DNA of 62,945 nt, filler included, from Octopus bimaculoides (taxonomy: Eukaryota): the NCBI RefSeq assembly GCF_001194135.2. It is 7 parts of 6 records of this genome, joined end to end, with 100 filler letters (N's around TTAATTAATTAA, not from the genome) between each part and the next. Parts side by side here need not be neighbours in the genome. Positions count along the whole stretch, not along the records: positions 1 to 9,647 come from NC_068998.1; positions 9,748 to 20,569 come from NC_068997.1; 5 more parts are not named here. One strand, 5' to 3'. A program made the translations under genes and the position numbers. Below, in pieces: positions 1-13,890 of this stretch. The notes beneath the pieces are model-generated. The model was not told the origin of the DNA and searched no databases. It was given only the letters and a program-made list of their open reading frames with translations. Every line of letters begins with the position of its first letter. The stretch's first letter is position 1.

Positions 1-640
1 TAATGGGTTGGTAGAGTCTGAATGCGACGATGGCCTGGGGGCGACTTTAGGTCTCGGGTTTATTCAACTGGACAGCCTGTTTCACTGTACATTCGGGTTG
101 AGAACGTTGGATAACTTCCAAAAAGTCCTTAACCTGGCAATGCTACAGAGGTGCCTTGCCCGTTTGGGATAAGCTTGCAAGACACTGTAAGCGTCAGTCG
201 CCGACCTGTCCAAGATGCCGGGGAGACAGGGAAACCGTCCCTCACGCTATTGTTCAGTGTCCGGAGATATCTGAAATGTGGCCTTATGCTGAACACCTGT
301 TGTCCGGCGAAGGAAGAGTACAGGTGTCGACTGAGTAAATTATAAAAATTGACCCACCGGGAGTTTTAACAAACGAAGGTAAGAATTGTTTTCTCACGGT
401 TGTAGCAATAGCGAAAGAGGCATTATGGAAGACGAGGATAAAAGGAATTAAGACAGGCAACTTTATCTCGGCCCACAATTTACGTTCATTTTTTACTTTT
501 CATTTGAAAAGGAAAGTGTGGCTGGAGAGGAGATGTCTGTCGGAGTGTACGTTCCAAAAGAGATGGAAGAACGTTGCACGAGTGTTGTGCGTGCAAGGAA
601 CCGTGTGAGTAGTCAGAAAAAAAAAGGAAAAAAAAAAAAG
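1..640 (+). mobile_element. 3' fragment of an L1/Tx1-clade LINE (zf-RVT-like C-terminus, A-rich tail)
   Basis: Frameshifted translation DNFQK/SLTWQCYRGALPVWDKLARH...TCPRCRGDRETVPHAIVQCPEISEMW matches the L1/Tx1 C-terminal zinc finger; A-runs at ~616-640. Confidence 0.75.
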
Positions 641-848
641 GTGCCAGCGAGAGATCGGGGTTTGTGGGGTCGGAGCGTGGCCTGATCATCGCTTCATTTG
701 TGTTGTCTAACGTTCTGTTAATATCATTCGATTTTTCTATTTTATATACTTTTTAAAGTCATGTTTTATGTAAACCATTCGCATTACTGATCCCAATCAC
801 TTGTTTTGTACCATTATATGTTTGGCCCCCTGTGGGCAGTAAAGAAAT

Positions 849-1018
849 TGGTATTTCGTCTGTCTTTACGTTCTGAATTCAAATTTCACCAAGGTCGACT
901 TTGCCTTTCATCCTTTCGTAGTCGATAAATTAAGTACCAGTTGCGTACTGGGGGTCGATCTAAGCGACTGTCCCCCTCCCCAAAATTTCGGGCCTTGTGC
1001 CTAGAGTAGAAAAAAAAA
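849..1018 (+). mobile_element. tRNA-derived SINE family A (Meta-like core), 5'-truncated
   Basis: B-box-like GAATTCAAATT followed by GTCGACTTTGCCTTTCATCCTTTCG..GTCGATAAATTAAGTACCAG; many copies in the window. Confidence 0.8.
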
Positions 1019-3624
1019 ATTCTGCCGGCTCGCCGCATTTGACGTTCATATTATTATGATTTACACGCATTTATTTCTGAATAGTTTTTATCACAGTCTC
1101 TCGTTTAATATCATTGCGGGTGGTTCAAATTTTATACTCTTTCTTGGAAATATCAGAAAATAATGTGTGTGCATGATTATCTGGGTACGCACATGTGATT
1201 ATATTACGTCACAAATTATCCGAATCTTATGTCAACAGATTACTTTCTAAAAATTAAATTGCAGATTTATATAATTGACTGACATAATTGGATCGGCTAA
1301 AGATATTGCCATAGAAATGACCCAATTTTAATGGATTAAAGCTATACATTAAACGAATTAGTTTATTACAGCAACTGTTCAGACCTGAAGTACACTTTAG
1401 GCAAAATGATACGACCGCAAGTTTCAATCTGTTACTAGCAACTTCAATTTCCTCTTCGGTACAACTCTTAATGATTGAAAGACAGTAAGAAAGACGGATC
1501 AAAGGAGCACAACAATGAGCAAGAAAAAAAAAAACGTAAAACTATTATTCACTAAATATTACCATAAAACGTAATTTTATGAAGCGAATATGATGTTACA
1601 TTTTTTTGTTTGCTTACATATTGTATCCGTGGAAAAATTTCCAATAGGAAACTGAAATGAATTTCGAATAACTATCTTTGACAAGTTTATCAGTAATTAG
1701 GTTTGGATATAATATATACTTTTCTATTGATCATAATCCCGCTTTAGCTAGATTTATTCGCAAACCTGCTTAACCTGTATCCTGATATCAAAATAGGTTT
1801 AATATGTTAATTGTGACCTTATGTGTTTGTTGTTACTTGACTTCGTTTTATCTGCTTCCACATAATTTCAGTTGATCGGAAATGTGTGGAAGCAGCAATA
1901 AAATTCGACTGAATCAAAGTGAAACGGTTGATAAATAACTACCGTTTCGTTTGAATTCACATAACGTCTAGTAATGTAACGTTATTGTACTCAGCATGGA
2001 CTCCCATTTTATGCTTACACATTCTATAAAATACTGTCAAGCGTGGTTTTTCAGGAAACACGCCTAATCGTGGAGTAAAAATTTCTTACTAAACTATTCC
2101 ACAAGACTACAAACATTAAAGGATAGGATGGTGACTTGCTTTTACCCTGTATTCTAGTTTCGTCTATCTCTCTCCATCCGACAAAAAAATTATTAAAATC
2201 TACCAGATTGTCTAAAACAGTGTGTCCGTCTACAATCACAAATTTATTGAATTACTTTGTTCTATATTTGTTGTCATTTCAGTGAACTTTATGGTGGTAA
2301 TTTTCGCAAATCATTTCAACAGAATATAATTGGTCTTCCATGAAATATGTTTCTTCGTAACAAAATTAAGCGAGTATTAAATGAATATACTGTAAGAAAT
2401 GTGCAAAATGTCAAGTTACTCGTCAAATTTTTCGTTTGCTGTATTGATTGATTTCGCTTATATATAATGAATATATAATGAAAAGACAATTTGGGCGCAT
2501 CCAGAAGGAAATGTATTATCTCACGACACATTTTCCACTATAGTACTCCGCTTTAGTTTCTTAATTTATAGTACAATTTTTGCTTTCGAAGAGAGACGTC
2601 CGTACTAAAACTGGATAAAGATATAAAATTATTATTATATGCTATTCACGTACTCGGATAATTTTATTGCTTGTTACTAACGTCACTCTTGTTTCTTCAA
2701 ACAAGGTATAGTGGTTTATAATCGCGGAATAATTTTCTTAACATGCTTTTGCTTCAATAGTGAATGAGGTTGTTAATCTGTTATCGCCACCTCGCCTTTT
2801 TAAAGTGTGAATAATGGAAATATTCTCAAAGGCTATGTATCCTTGTTGACAAGTGTAAGATTTAAAACAAAAAAAACACGGCAAATAAACAAAAACTTCA
2901 TAGATTTTTAGTAACATTTCAATAAAATAATCGGAAATCAATTAAATTTGCTTATAATAATTCCCCGACAAAAGTGAAGGCTATTACTGAAAGAAATATT
3001 GCTGTATTTACATTAATCATTAAGCTTCAGTCTTTAGTATTGTATGTTCGTTAACAATGTAAGTAATGTGTAATTATTCTGTGTGACAATCTATATTACT
3101 TCGCAACGGATATTCCATAAAGCATAGTTACTTTACAATACTGGTCATAAATCGTTTGTTTTGAAACATCTCTGCATGTAGAAATTGAAAATTTGATAAA
3201 TCTATACATTTTCGTAACAGTTTCTACTTAAAATTAACGCCCATGCTTTTAGCAATGGCGAATAAATTGTATTTCCTCCATTCCATTGGTGTGATTATAT
3301 CGCTGTGTCGCGCCGTTTTTATTTTATACTTTGTCTTTTTAATGTCAGAACATTGTTTCATACATATCCTGTAAACATCTATTGTTTCAGAAGATTCGAC
3401 AATTATAGTTTTAATTCCTATATATACAATATAACATATTGCTTGAAATATATCATATATGTTATCGATTGTGTACTGATTTACAGACATATCGTATTTG
3501 TGTTGTAGATGAAACATTATCGATTACATCTATATTCGTTTCCGAGTACCTATTTAATCATTTCAGTCATATATATTTATAGTTTCTATAATTTCTGTAA
3601 TTTCTATATTGAACTAAATATCCT

Positions 3625-4108
3625 TTTCTACTAAAGGCACAAGACCTGACATCTGGGGGTAGGGAACTAGTCGATTACGTCAACCCGAGTACTCCAATAG
3701 TACTTGATTTATCGACCCGAAAAACGCGGCGACCTGCCAGAAACGTTAGCACGCCGGGCGAAATGCTTAGTGTTATTTCGTGTCTTTACGATCTGAGTTC
3801 AAATTCCACCGAGGTCGACATTGCATTTCATCCTTTCGGGGTTGATAAATTAAGTACCAGTTACGCACTGGGGTCGATGTAATCGACTTAATCCGTTCGT
3901 CTGTTCTTGTTTGTTCCCTCTATGTTTAGCCCCTTGTGGGCAATAACGAAATAGGTATTTCGTGTCTTTACGATCTGAGTTCAAATTCCACCGAGGTCGA
4001 CATTGCCTTTCATCCTTTCGGGGTCGATAAATTAAGTACCAGTTGCATACTTGGGTTGATCCACTCGACTGTCCACCTCCCCAAAAATTTCGGGCCTTGT
4101 GCCTACAG
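3625..4108. mobile_element. Cluster of SINE family A copies (one minus, two plus)
   Basis: Repeated GAGTTCAAATTCCACCGAGGTCGAC.TTGC.TTTCATCCTTTCGGGG; ends at an N gap. Confidence 0.8.
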
Positions 4109-5249
4109 NNNNNNNNNNNNNNNNNNNNNNNNNNNNNNNNNNNNNNNNNNNNNNNNNNNNNNNNNNNNNNNNNNNNNNNNNNNNNNNNNNNNNNNNNNNN
4201 NNNNNNNNNNNNNNNNNNNNNNNNNNNNNNNNNNNNNNNNNNNNNNNNNNNNNNNNNNNNNNNNNNNNNNNNNNNNNNNNNNNNNTATTGAACTATATAT
4301 CGTTGCCGATTTTGATTTTATTTCATAGAGCGTCGATAATCAAAAGCGTTCGGATAGTTACCACCTGAAGAGCTTTTGCTGTAAGAACTACATTAATGTT
4401 TTCAACTCAGATAAAAAGCATACTGTGTGAAGCGCGTGAGGATTCAGCTGCTATTTCAATTGTGCTTGAAGCATTACAAATATATACTCGTTGTCAGTAG
4501 GGCATTAGAACTAGTCTGCTTTAGAGAAAAAAAAATATTCTGGAAAAAAAATTGCACATATTGAAAGACACTATAGCCTTTCATAATAAGAAGAAAAAAA
4601 AAAGCAAGAGAAAGTTAGTACCAGTGAAGCAACATTTAACATACATTTCTGAATTCTAAGTATGGTTTGTAAAAAATGAACTGTTAAACTTGTCAGAAAT
4701 AATTAAGTTCAATTAATATCAGTTGAAATTTCAAACCGAAAGGTTTAGAATTTAAAGCATTAAAACGTGTGTAATGTACTGTATGTAAGGAAATTTTATA
4801 TTTTCCTATAGTCGGACATTTTAGATGCTTGTAAATGTTGTCACCTTCTTTATCACGCACAGAGTCTATTCGGTTGTACATGTCTAGTGTATCCTCCTAA
4901 CATACATGTGAATTAAAAACATCCTATCTAAGTTTCTGTACACCAAATTTTGCAGTTCATTCCTTCCTTACTCTATCGATTTAACTCTTTTTTTTTTTTA
5001 ATCTCATGATCATTTTTTTGCGTTCTGCTTTAATTACATACTCAAAAGATTTTAAAATTTACATGCTTCCAGAAAGAGTTTCTGATCTGATATTTAGCAT
5101 TTCTCTTGTTGACTACGAATTCATTTACCTTTTACATATAGTGTCCATTCTGACTGTTCTCCTAGACTCGCTTTATTGGCTCAACGATAACATCATTGTT
5201 CTCAATGTATTATTCTCAATGATTTTAATATTCAATTCAAATTTTGGTA

Positions 5250-6075
5250 CAAGGGCAGTATTTTGCGGTGAGGAGATACATCGATTACCTCAACTTTAGT
5301 GCTCAACTGGTATATATTTTGTCGACTCCGAAACGATGAAAGATAATGCTGACCTCGGTGGAATTTGAACTCAGAACGGAAAGACGGACGAAATAATAAT
5401 ATTTATTGTGTCCGGCGTGCTGATGATTCTGCCAGCTCGTTGCCATGTCAATGATTTTTATGATTTCAAAGTTTATCACTAGACCAGCAATTTCAGGGGA
5501 GGAGGTAAGTTGATTACATCGACTCACTGTTCAGCTAATACTTATTTTATCGACTCCAGAAGGACGAAAGGCAATGTGAAATTCGTTGGAATTTAAGCTC
5601 ACAACTTAATGGCAGACGAAATAACACTCAGCATTTTTACCTGCATTCCAACGATTCTCTTCAACTCACGGCCTTTTCAATGATTTTAATAATCGTTTCT
5701 ACTATAGGCAAAATTTGGGGTAGCGGTTAGTCGATAAAATAGACTCCATTAATATCAATGTCGCCCACGGTGGAATTCAAACTCAGAACACGAAGACGGA
5801 CGATATGCCGCAAAGCATTTTTCCCAGTGCGGTAACGACTCTTTCAGCTCACCGCCTTTTCAATGATTTTAGTAAATCTTCCTACTATAGGCACACGGCC
5901 TGAAATTGTAAGGGGGACGCTCCCAGTACTCAGCTATCACTTATTTTATCAACCCCGAAACGATGAATGGCAAAGCCAACTCCGGTGGAATTTTATGTCA
6001 GACGTAAGAACAGACGAAATGCAGCTAAACATTTCGTCCGACGTACATAACTGTTCTGCCAGCTGGCCATCTTTT
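5250..6075 (-). mobile_element. Tandem cluster of about four degenerate SINE family A copies
   Basis: Repeated reverse-complement motifs GATGAAAGGCAA..GACCTCGGTGGAATTTGAACTCAGAAC. Confidence 0.7.
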
Positions 6076-9000
6076 CAATGATTTTCATAACGATGTGAGC
6101 TTATATGAAGGGTAATATTCCGCACAGACACAAAGTTAGATAATTATCGATGTGTCCTTTTATAGGAGACAATCATTAATCCAGCACATTTTAAAACATT
6201 CAAAAGCGTATTTCTAGTATTTTTTATAAGAAACTGTTTACTTAGCCAAATTAATTTTAAGAAAGAAATATATTTTTACTTGGTTTATTTTTGCGGCGTC
6301 AATCTAGAGTTCGGAATGAACAATTCATTATTTATTTTACTGTACAACGAACTCAGAAGTGCGAAAAAATATTTTTCACGGGAGGCGGTACCCAAAATAA
6401 CTAAATATGAAAAAGCAACGCAGGGCAAAGCCGAAAAGATATAGATCATTGATAATGTGAAATATTACATGACCTGGATTTCGTCTGACGTTTTCAATAG
6501 AGAGGTGCTTGTAATTATCCTATGTATAATGCCAATGCGAAATTCATGCAAAAATCATCTCGGGTCAACAGGTGGAATTCATTTTAATAAATCTCGATAA
6601 GCAAATTAGCCCCTATCAATCGTTGCATAGATTTATCATACAAACATAAACATTTTCTATATATATTTGTGTTGAATTATAAGGATTTACGTTCTATAAG
6701 TTCAACAATTTATACGGAAAGAATTAACAAGTGTACCAGCGACATTTACTTTTACTCTATCAACGATATCCAGGTCAATAAATTGAAGAGAAAAAATATT
6801 ATTGCATACATAAAGCACAATATGTAACATCTACTTGTGCTAAACTGACTTCAAGCTGCAAACATAAACGAAAGACAACTAGAAAACAGGAAATTATGAC
6901 TAAGTATGCATCAAAGAAAGTAGATTGATATGATCGATGGTGCAGCTTTGGCTATAGGCGTCGGGTTTTCCCAAGTGTTCAGTATAACTTATAAATATAT
7001 CAATCTACATTTACATTTGCTTATCAAATGTAATGATAATCTGATATTGTAGGAACACAACCAGTAAATATGTTATCAGCATCTCTCTCATTACAAAACG
7101 ATTATCTATCGAATATCAGTGTAAGCAGTTCTTTTCTATATTGTTTAAAGCATAATTGTACGTATTTTCACACATAATCCGTTATCTCTTTCGTACATGA
7201 AATCTGGCAGTTTTGTTGACAATAATGATTGAATGAGCATAGGCTGGATTTCATAATTTTAACCCAATAATATGTTTTATATGTGATATTTCAATAGTTG
7301 TTATTCGGTGGCTTGGTTATTTTGTTGCTGATAGGGTGTTTTCCCTTGTTGATATTCTAGAATGCATTATAAATGGAAGCATTTTTTTAAATTAGCATTC
7401 ATATTGGTTAAATAATCACATTTTCATAAGGATGAGATAGAGTAGTATTTTTTAACCATCTTAGAGTGGTTTGATTAAAAAATTCTTACTCCATACCCTT
7501 CATGAATTCTTGGAGACAAGTACATATTATACTTTTGAGAAAATTCTTCAGGAGGACAATTTCATAACCATGGGTATAGCATGGTAGAATATGAATTTAA
7601 GAGGATCAGGGACTGAGTTGTGACTTCAACGGACAGAATGACAGTAAAAATGAACTTAGACGGAAAAATTTAGTATAACAGTAGGGGAAGAACTAGCCCG
7701 CTCCAAGTAAGTCTAAATAACATAAGAGTGATTGATTTTCAAAGCCCTCCTTGAGGGTTATGTGTTTCGATATACCGGTTGTCTGTTCTGGAACAGCCAG
7801 CTAATACCTGGAAACATTCCAAATGATTTACATATGCATCTGTAAATTTGAAACGCTTTCGGTAAGATTATTATTTTGTGCTGTATAAAGTTATAAAATA
7901 GAGCGTAAAAGAACAACGGAAGGCGAGTAAAGGCGAGAGCGAAGAACAACTGAAGGCTAGTAAAGGCCAGTGTCGGAAAATTCATTATTTCCTTAGGACA
8001 CATTATAATAAAAAGCAAATCATTAATGCTACAGTGGTTAATTTTCATTACGAAATTTTAAGATTAACATTTGAAAACTCTAAACGAATTAGATTTTTAA
8101 AGACATTCATTAAATGAAATATTAAATCAAAAATATAAATGTGCAATAGAAACGCAACTGGAAAGTAATTGAGTACAGGATATTCAGCCCAAGTCGTGTG
8201 CATCTTAGGAATAACATTTGCTTTGTTTCAAATAACATAGTAAACTCTTTCCAACCAAAACCTCAAATGAAATCCCGACCCGTAGTGTATCTCGGAATTA
8301 CAAATGCCAAGAGGAAAGTATCATATAATGCATGATATATATCATTCGCGTGACATGTCTGCTCACGAAATCGAGAAATTTGTGTTTAGTGTTACAGGAG
8401 GGTCCCTCCATTAATCCCTGTAATTTTGAAATCCTTAGCTTACTTGCAGTAGTATAGTATATGCAACCAAACACATGTTTGTGAAAACATGGAGTATTTT
8501 CGGAGTCGAACGATATATTTCTAACCAATGAAGTTAGAACATTTTTCTTATATCATCTTGGAATTGCTTTTATCTTCAAAAAGTTAATGAGATAATATTA
8601 TCACACATATGCTGGTTAAGGGAATTGTCAAATATATTGAAATTGTGGTTTCCAACTGAAAATGAAGTGGAAATGAGAGTGAAGTAAATTTTAGGTGGAA
8701 GCAAGCACAGTAATTATGTAATTTTTTTAATGAATGTATGAGACCCCGATATTTTGCATGTGATGTCATATTTACGTTGGCGAACTTAAAGAGTTAGACG
8801 GTTTGCTCCTGGAATATGAAACATATGATCATTATGTTTCATTACTATAGTTTCAAGTGAGTGAAATGCAGTAACTACTTCCATGTGAGTTTTACTGTGT
8901 GACTTGCCGATTTGCAGAGTCATATGAATAGGTTGCAATGGGTCTTCTTTCTTTTCAATAAATGTTGAGATGACATAGAAAGTGTGAAGCTTTATTGAGG

Positions 9001-9647
9001 CTATGTCAGATGTAGAGAACTAGAATTCTTCATGCGGTATATAAAATTATACGTGGTCATTTGGCTGGATAATCTGATCGATAAAACTTGAAAGCATCAA
9101 GAACACAACTTAACAGAATCATCGAAAGTGGACATTATTGGTAAACATAATCTCTGAAATTACTATGTTGTTTGGAAATGAATATCCCGCTGTTGTGAAC
9201 AAAGATTAAAGAGTTAAAAGAAATATTTTCTTGTAATGGGTCTATGAGATAAAAGAATGAGTGAAGACCGTCCGGTATTGGTGAATGATTAATATTTTGT
9301 GTATGCAAATTTAGGAACGTGCTGCAAAATATAATAAGAAAATTTGGTGGAAGTGAATTTGTATTTACGTGAAAGGAGAAAAGTATGAGAATATATTTAT
9401 GAATAGAAATAAAATTACGCATCCATTTATAGGTAATTTTAAAATTGATATACAAGGCGGTGAATCAATCGTCTTGTTAGACATCAAAAACTAAGCTGAA
9501 TATAATTCCCCATGAAGTGGGGAATAATGTAATATAGAGAAATATAAATATATAAAGAAGGCCACCCCAATTTCAAACCCCATGTCCTTCACCTCCACTA
9601 TGACGCACCACATATGTTATTCAATCATGTATTGCTAAATAATATAG

Positions 9648-9747
9648 NNNNNNNNNNNNNNNNNNNNNNNNNNNNNNNNNNNNNNNNNNNNTTAATTAAT
9701 TAANNNNNNNNNNNNNNNNNNNNNNNNNNNNNNNNNNNNNNNNNNNN
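9648..9747. other. Assembly spacer (44 N + TTAATTAATTAA + 44 N)
   Basis: Exactly 100 bp; palindromic 12-mer with stops in all six frames; six identical spacers in the window. Confidence 0.97.
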
Positions 9748-9834
9748 TCATAAAAGTCCAAATATTCTAATTTTAACCAGCAGAATAGAAGCAATTGGTA
9801 GAAAGAGTAAAGTGCCATTTCCACAACTGATACC

Positions 9835-9835
<1 letters not shown>

Positions 9836-9908
<73 letters not shown>

Positions 9909-9922
9909 TGATGATGATGATG
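9836..9922. repeat. (TAA)n/(TGA)n microsatellite
   Basis: Direct reading; source of the poly-I and poly-Y pseudo-ORFs. Confidence 0.95.
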
Positions 9923-10053
9923 AAATATTTGGTAACTAATTCTTTCAATTATAAATAATTCTTCACTTTCAAAAAGAATGGTCGTTTGCCTAATTAAAGA
10001 TATCAATATTTTTAATTAGAGGTAATTGAGTGCTGAACCATATTACCTTATGG

Positions 10054-10380
10054 CAGTGGTTCTGATTCTTTTTGGCACCATGGATCTGTTTCATGCAAGA
10101 CAATTTTTCCACGGACCTGGGATCACACACATAACAAAACAAGGAAGTACATAATATATGATTTAATTATTACATATATAATCCCTATATATATATTGTA
10201 TATATATTATGCATATAATGATATATTGCATATACAGAACAAGTATTATGCGAAAACAGTCTGCAAGAGTCAATAAAACAGAAATGAAATTTTTAAGAAT
10301 TTATTCTTTCTGTTTGGCCCGGTAATGAATGATCCGCAACCAGGTATTGGTTCTCAGCCTCTGAGCAGGGTTGCCTGTGG
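10054..10380 (+). mobile_element. hAT/Charlie-type MITE (MER1-like)
   Basis: CAGTGGTTC..TTTTTGGCACCA.GGA.C.GTTTCATG.AAGACAATTTTTCCACGGACC resembles the MER1/Charlie terminus; right end degenerate. Confidence 0.6.
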
Positions 10381-11319
10381 GCAGGGATGCCTGTGGGCAG
10401 GGTTGCCTGTGTCATGGTGCTTAGTGTTGTCCTTTTATATTTATGAATTCGAATCCCACATTGGCTAACTATGCCTTTCATCCCTCCAGAATCAATCAAA
10501 ATGTGTACCAGTGATATACTCGGCTCAGTGCATTTCACTGTATCCACTCTTATAACCAACAAAGAATGCTGGATTTATGCTTCAATAAAAGACCCAGTAA
10601 TGGGACAGACAGAAAATTCATAGAAATAATAGATTCTTGGATTAAAGAATTTGAAATGTTTTGTCTTCTTGCTCTTTTACATTCTGAGTTCAAATCCTGC
10701 CTTGACTTAACTTTGCCTTTTAAATCTCTGGGGTTGATAATATAAATACCAGTAGCAATCAGATATTAGTGCAACTGATGCTTCTGCTCTTCAGTACCAA
10801 TAAAAATTTGGTTTTGTATCTAGTCAATAGAAATCAATGTAAATTATTAGCAACAAAAAAATGCTTCATGAACCAGCTTTTTGCAGGTTAAACTGACCAA
10901 CTGACCACAAATTTCATATTCTCAGTAAGTTCCTCTGCTGTTTCCAGCATTTTAAATAAATATTTTAAACTCACAAGGAACCCCTCTTAAAAGAAACTAC
11001 ATATATTAGATTTAAATTATTTCTATCAAAAATTAGTTATAACGAGTTTGAATTTGAGTAAATAACAATTATTTACAAAAGTCTGTTTCATGATATTCTA
11101 ATTTGGAAATATATAACGAATTAATAACTGTTTGCTATATAAAGAGGTTTTTTGCTGAATTTCATTTATTCAAGCCATTAACAAGAACTCAGGAATCAAT
11201 TTTCACCAATTTCCTCAAGTTTTATTTTCGTTCCTACTTTCTTCCTACATGACTCTTTTTCTGCATTGACAAGTCTATTATCATTGTTGTTGTTGTTGTT
11301 ATTATTATTATTATTATGA

Positions 11320-11530
11320 AGGCAGTGTGCTGGCAGAATCGTTAGCATGCCGCCAGGCAAACATGCTTAGTGGTATTTCATTCATCTTTATGTTCTGAGT
11401 TCAAATTCCACTGAGGTTGACTATCATCCTTCAGGGGTCAATAAAATAAGTACCATTTGAATACTGGGGTCAATATAATTGACTTATCTGCTCCCCCGAA
11501 CTTGCTGGCCTTGAGCCAAAATTTGAAATT
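11320..11530 (+). mobile_element. SINE family A, near full length, in an (ATT)n tract
   Basis: A-box-like TGGCAGAATCG, B-box GAGTTCAAATT, core motif, ATT tail. Confidence 0.8.
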
Positions 11531-12759
11531 ATTATTATTATTATTATCATTATTATTATTATTATTATTATTATTAACCTGAAGCTCAGTTTTGTTTTGT
11601 TAACTCACTAGATGCAATGGCCTAATGTATAGCTGATATGTTGATACAAAAATATCTTGAACATGCTTTTTATTGTAACTATTTTTCTGACATGGTTATA
11701 ATGGTTGTGAAACTTCCCTTGACATTTTTTTTTTCTTTTAACAAACTGAGAATCCATTAGATGAAAGTTCTGAGCATTTAAACCAATAACTTATAATATT
11801 ATTTAGTGAATGCCTTCTTCACTAACAATCAAAGGCTTGATGATTCTGACAAATGTCAGGTTACGCTGTTATTGGATTTCAAAATTTATAACACATATAT
11901 TTCTCTTTATCTTCCTACCAAAAAAAAAGAGAGAAAGATTCCAAAACTTGGTATCTTTCCAAATAGTCCTTAAATTTTCGAATCCAGACTAGAACACAGT
12001 CAAGGAGCTAAGGATACATCTTGCTTATCAAAAAATATGTTTCTCATACTGATATTAATATTTTTGATGTTATCATTAATTCTATTATTAGTAATAACAT
12101 ATTGTTTAATCATATAAATGATATTCTTGTAGCTCCTTTTATGCTTCCTTTAAGTCTGGGTTCAAAATAAAAGTACTATCTTTTTCTGAATTTCAAGCAT
12201 TCTTATGAAAAACAATGCAGAAACAAAGATGCAGAAATTATCACTGTGCAATGCCAAAAATTTTGAATGAAATTAAATAAACAGTTTTTTTTAAATAAAA
12301 ATATACTCCTGAAAAGGTTAAAAAAAATAAAAACAGACATCAAAAAATAGTTATCTGAGGCTTGTATATTTTAGCATCAACCCTGTACAAAGATGGAGAC
12401 ATTTTGCAGTCTTACTCAATGCTTTGTATATAGATGTTGTGATTGTCAATCTAAATTGTCACTTATGCCTATGACATAAGGTGGTTCACTGATTCAGTTC
12501 TTGTTATGCTGATACAGTACAGATTATCTGGGAGGATTTGAGGAAAAATTCACCAGAATGTTATGTCTTTGTAATTATATTTCCAGGCAGCTAATTAAAG
12601 TTTTTCTCTCTTACATTCACTTTGTTTCCTTTTCTCTTTTTCTCTCTCTTTCTCAATATATTATCATCATTTCATCTTCATCATTTATTGTATATGTTTA
12701 ATCAAACTTACACAAAGAAGTGTGATAGTGACTTCAAAGTTTTGGCCTGTTAGCCTCCA

Positions 12760-12960
12760 TCAGACTGTCTCGATATCAATTTCCCTGGTTATGTTCACTC
12801 ACGACCCAATTTAACATGTAACATGTGTGGGCGGTGCCTGTCATCAGAGCAGCCACACTCAGGAGGAAGTCGACAACTATGCATTATATGGCATCTCTTA
12901 CTTGCAGGGAGAATGGAAAAGACTGTGCATCAGAAGGCAGGCTGAAATAGTAGGCTAAAA
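12760..12960 (+). mobile_element. RTE-type LINE 3' remnant
   Basis: Remnant C-terminal zinc finger (NLTCNMCGRCLSS); heavily degraded. Confidence 0.45.
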
Positions 12961-13165
12961 CTTCAAAGTCACTGTCAGCTATCTCTTTGTAAAAGTTTAA
13001 TAAATGCATGTGTGTGTGTGTGTGTGTTTATGTGCATGTGTACATGCATGTGTCTGTACATACATACAGACAGACAGAGAACTCCTTTGCCTTTTTGGTA
13101 GCTTACAAAGATATTGCTTTGCCAGTCATTAGGCATATACATACTCACATATGTACAGAAGTACA

Positions 13166-13197
<32 letters not shown>

Positions 13198-13219
13198 CCC
13201 AATGACATTGTAAGCTACT

Positions 13220-13890
13220 GAAAAGGTCAAAGGTGGTGTTTTAGACAAAAGAAATTATACAGGAAACAAATTACTGCTTCAGGTCATGAATGTATCTATG
13301 ATGAAGTAAACCAAGATGATATGCAGTTTAACTTTGTGTCTGGTAGATGTACTATGGATGCAATCTTCCCAGTGAGGTAACTATGCAAGAAATACTTGAT
13401 TAAAAGTTCATGGCATTCGTTGATTTGGAGAAGCCTTTTGACAGCGTGTATCATGTTCAATAATTTGATGGTCACTTAGGAAATTAGGTGTAAACAAATG
13501 GCTTGCGAGTGTTGTACTAACAATGCACGTGAATGCAGCAAAGTGAGAGTCAACAATGATTTCAGTGACAAATTTTGTTTGTAGGCCTAAGTCCATCAAG
13601 TTTCTGTCCTCAGTCTCTTTACTTTTATAGTCCTACTAAGAAGCTTAAAACAGGTTGTCCCTGCATGGGAACTCCTATATATATCGATGATGTAGTTCTT
13701 GTAGCAGAATCTATAGTGGAATGAGAGAGGAAGTTCCAGGCATGGAACCATGGAACCTAAACCTACAATCAAGATCCCTGAAAGTAATCTCAGCAAAGTC
13801 TACAGTTTTAATATGAAAGAAGACTACATCCTGGAATCTTCAGGGAAATAACCTTGTTCGATATGCATAAAATGAGTAGGTTTAAATTCC
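13220..13890 (+). mobile_element. Degenerate RTE-clade LINE reverse transcriptase
   Basis: Remnants MQFNFVSGRCTMDAIF, MAFVDLEKPFD, WELLY..DD.VL.AES and SGK*PCSIC..VG.NS, with many frameshifts and stops. Confidence 0.8.

Noticed and set aside
3725-3900. tRNA gene suggested by A/B boxes (also 11320, 22512, 62636)
   Set aside because: No cloverleaf; the boxes lead into SINE bodies repeated throughout the window
4693-4900. EDTLDMYNRIDSVRDKEGDNIYKHLKCPTIG as an exon or hAT remnant
   Set aside because: No donor site and only faint motif resemblance; cannot be supported
9310-9372. NVLQNIIRKFGGSEFVFT as an FBXW10 N-terminal exon
   Set aside because: Only vague similarity, ends in TGA with no donor site, and lies two spacers away from the gene
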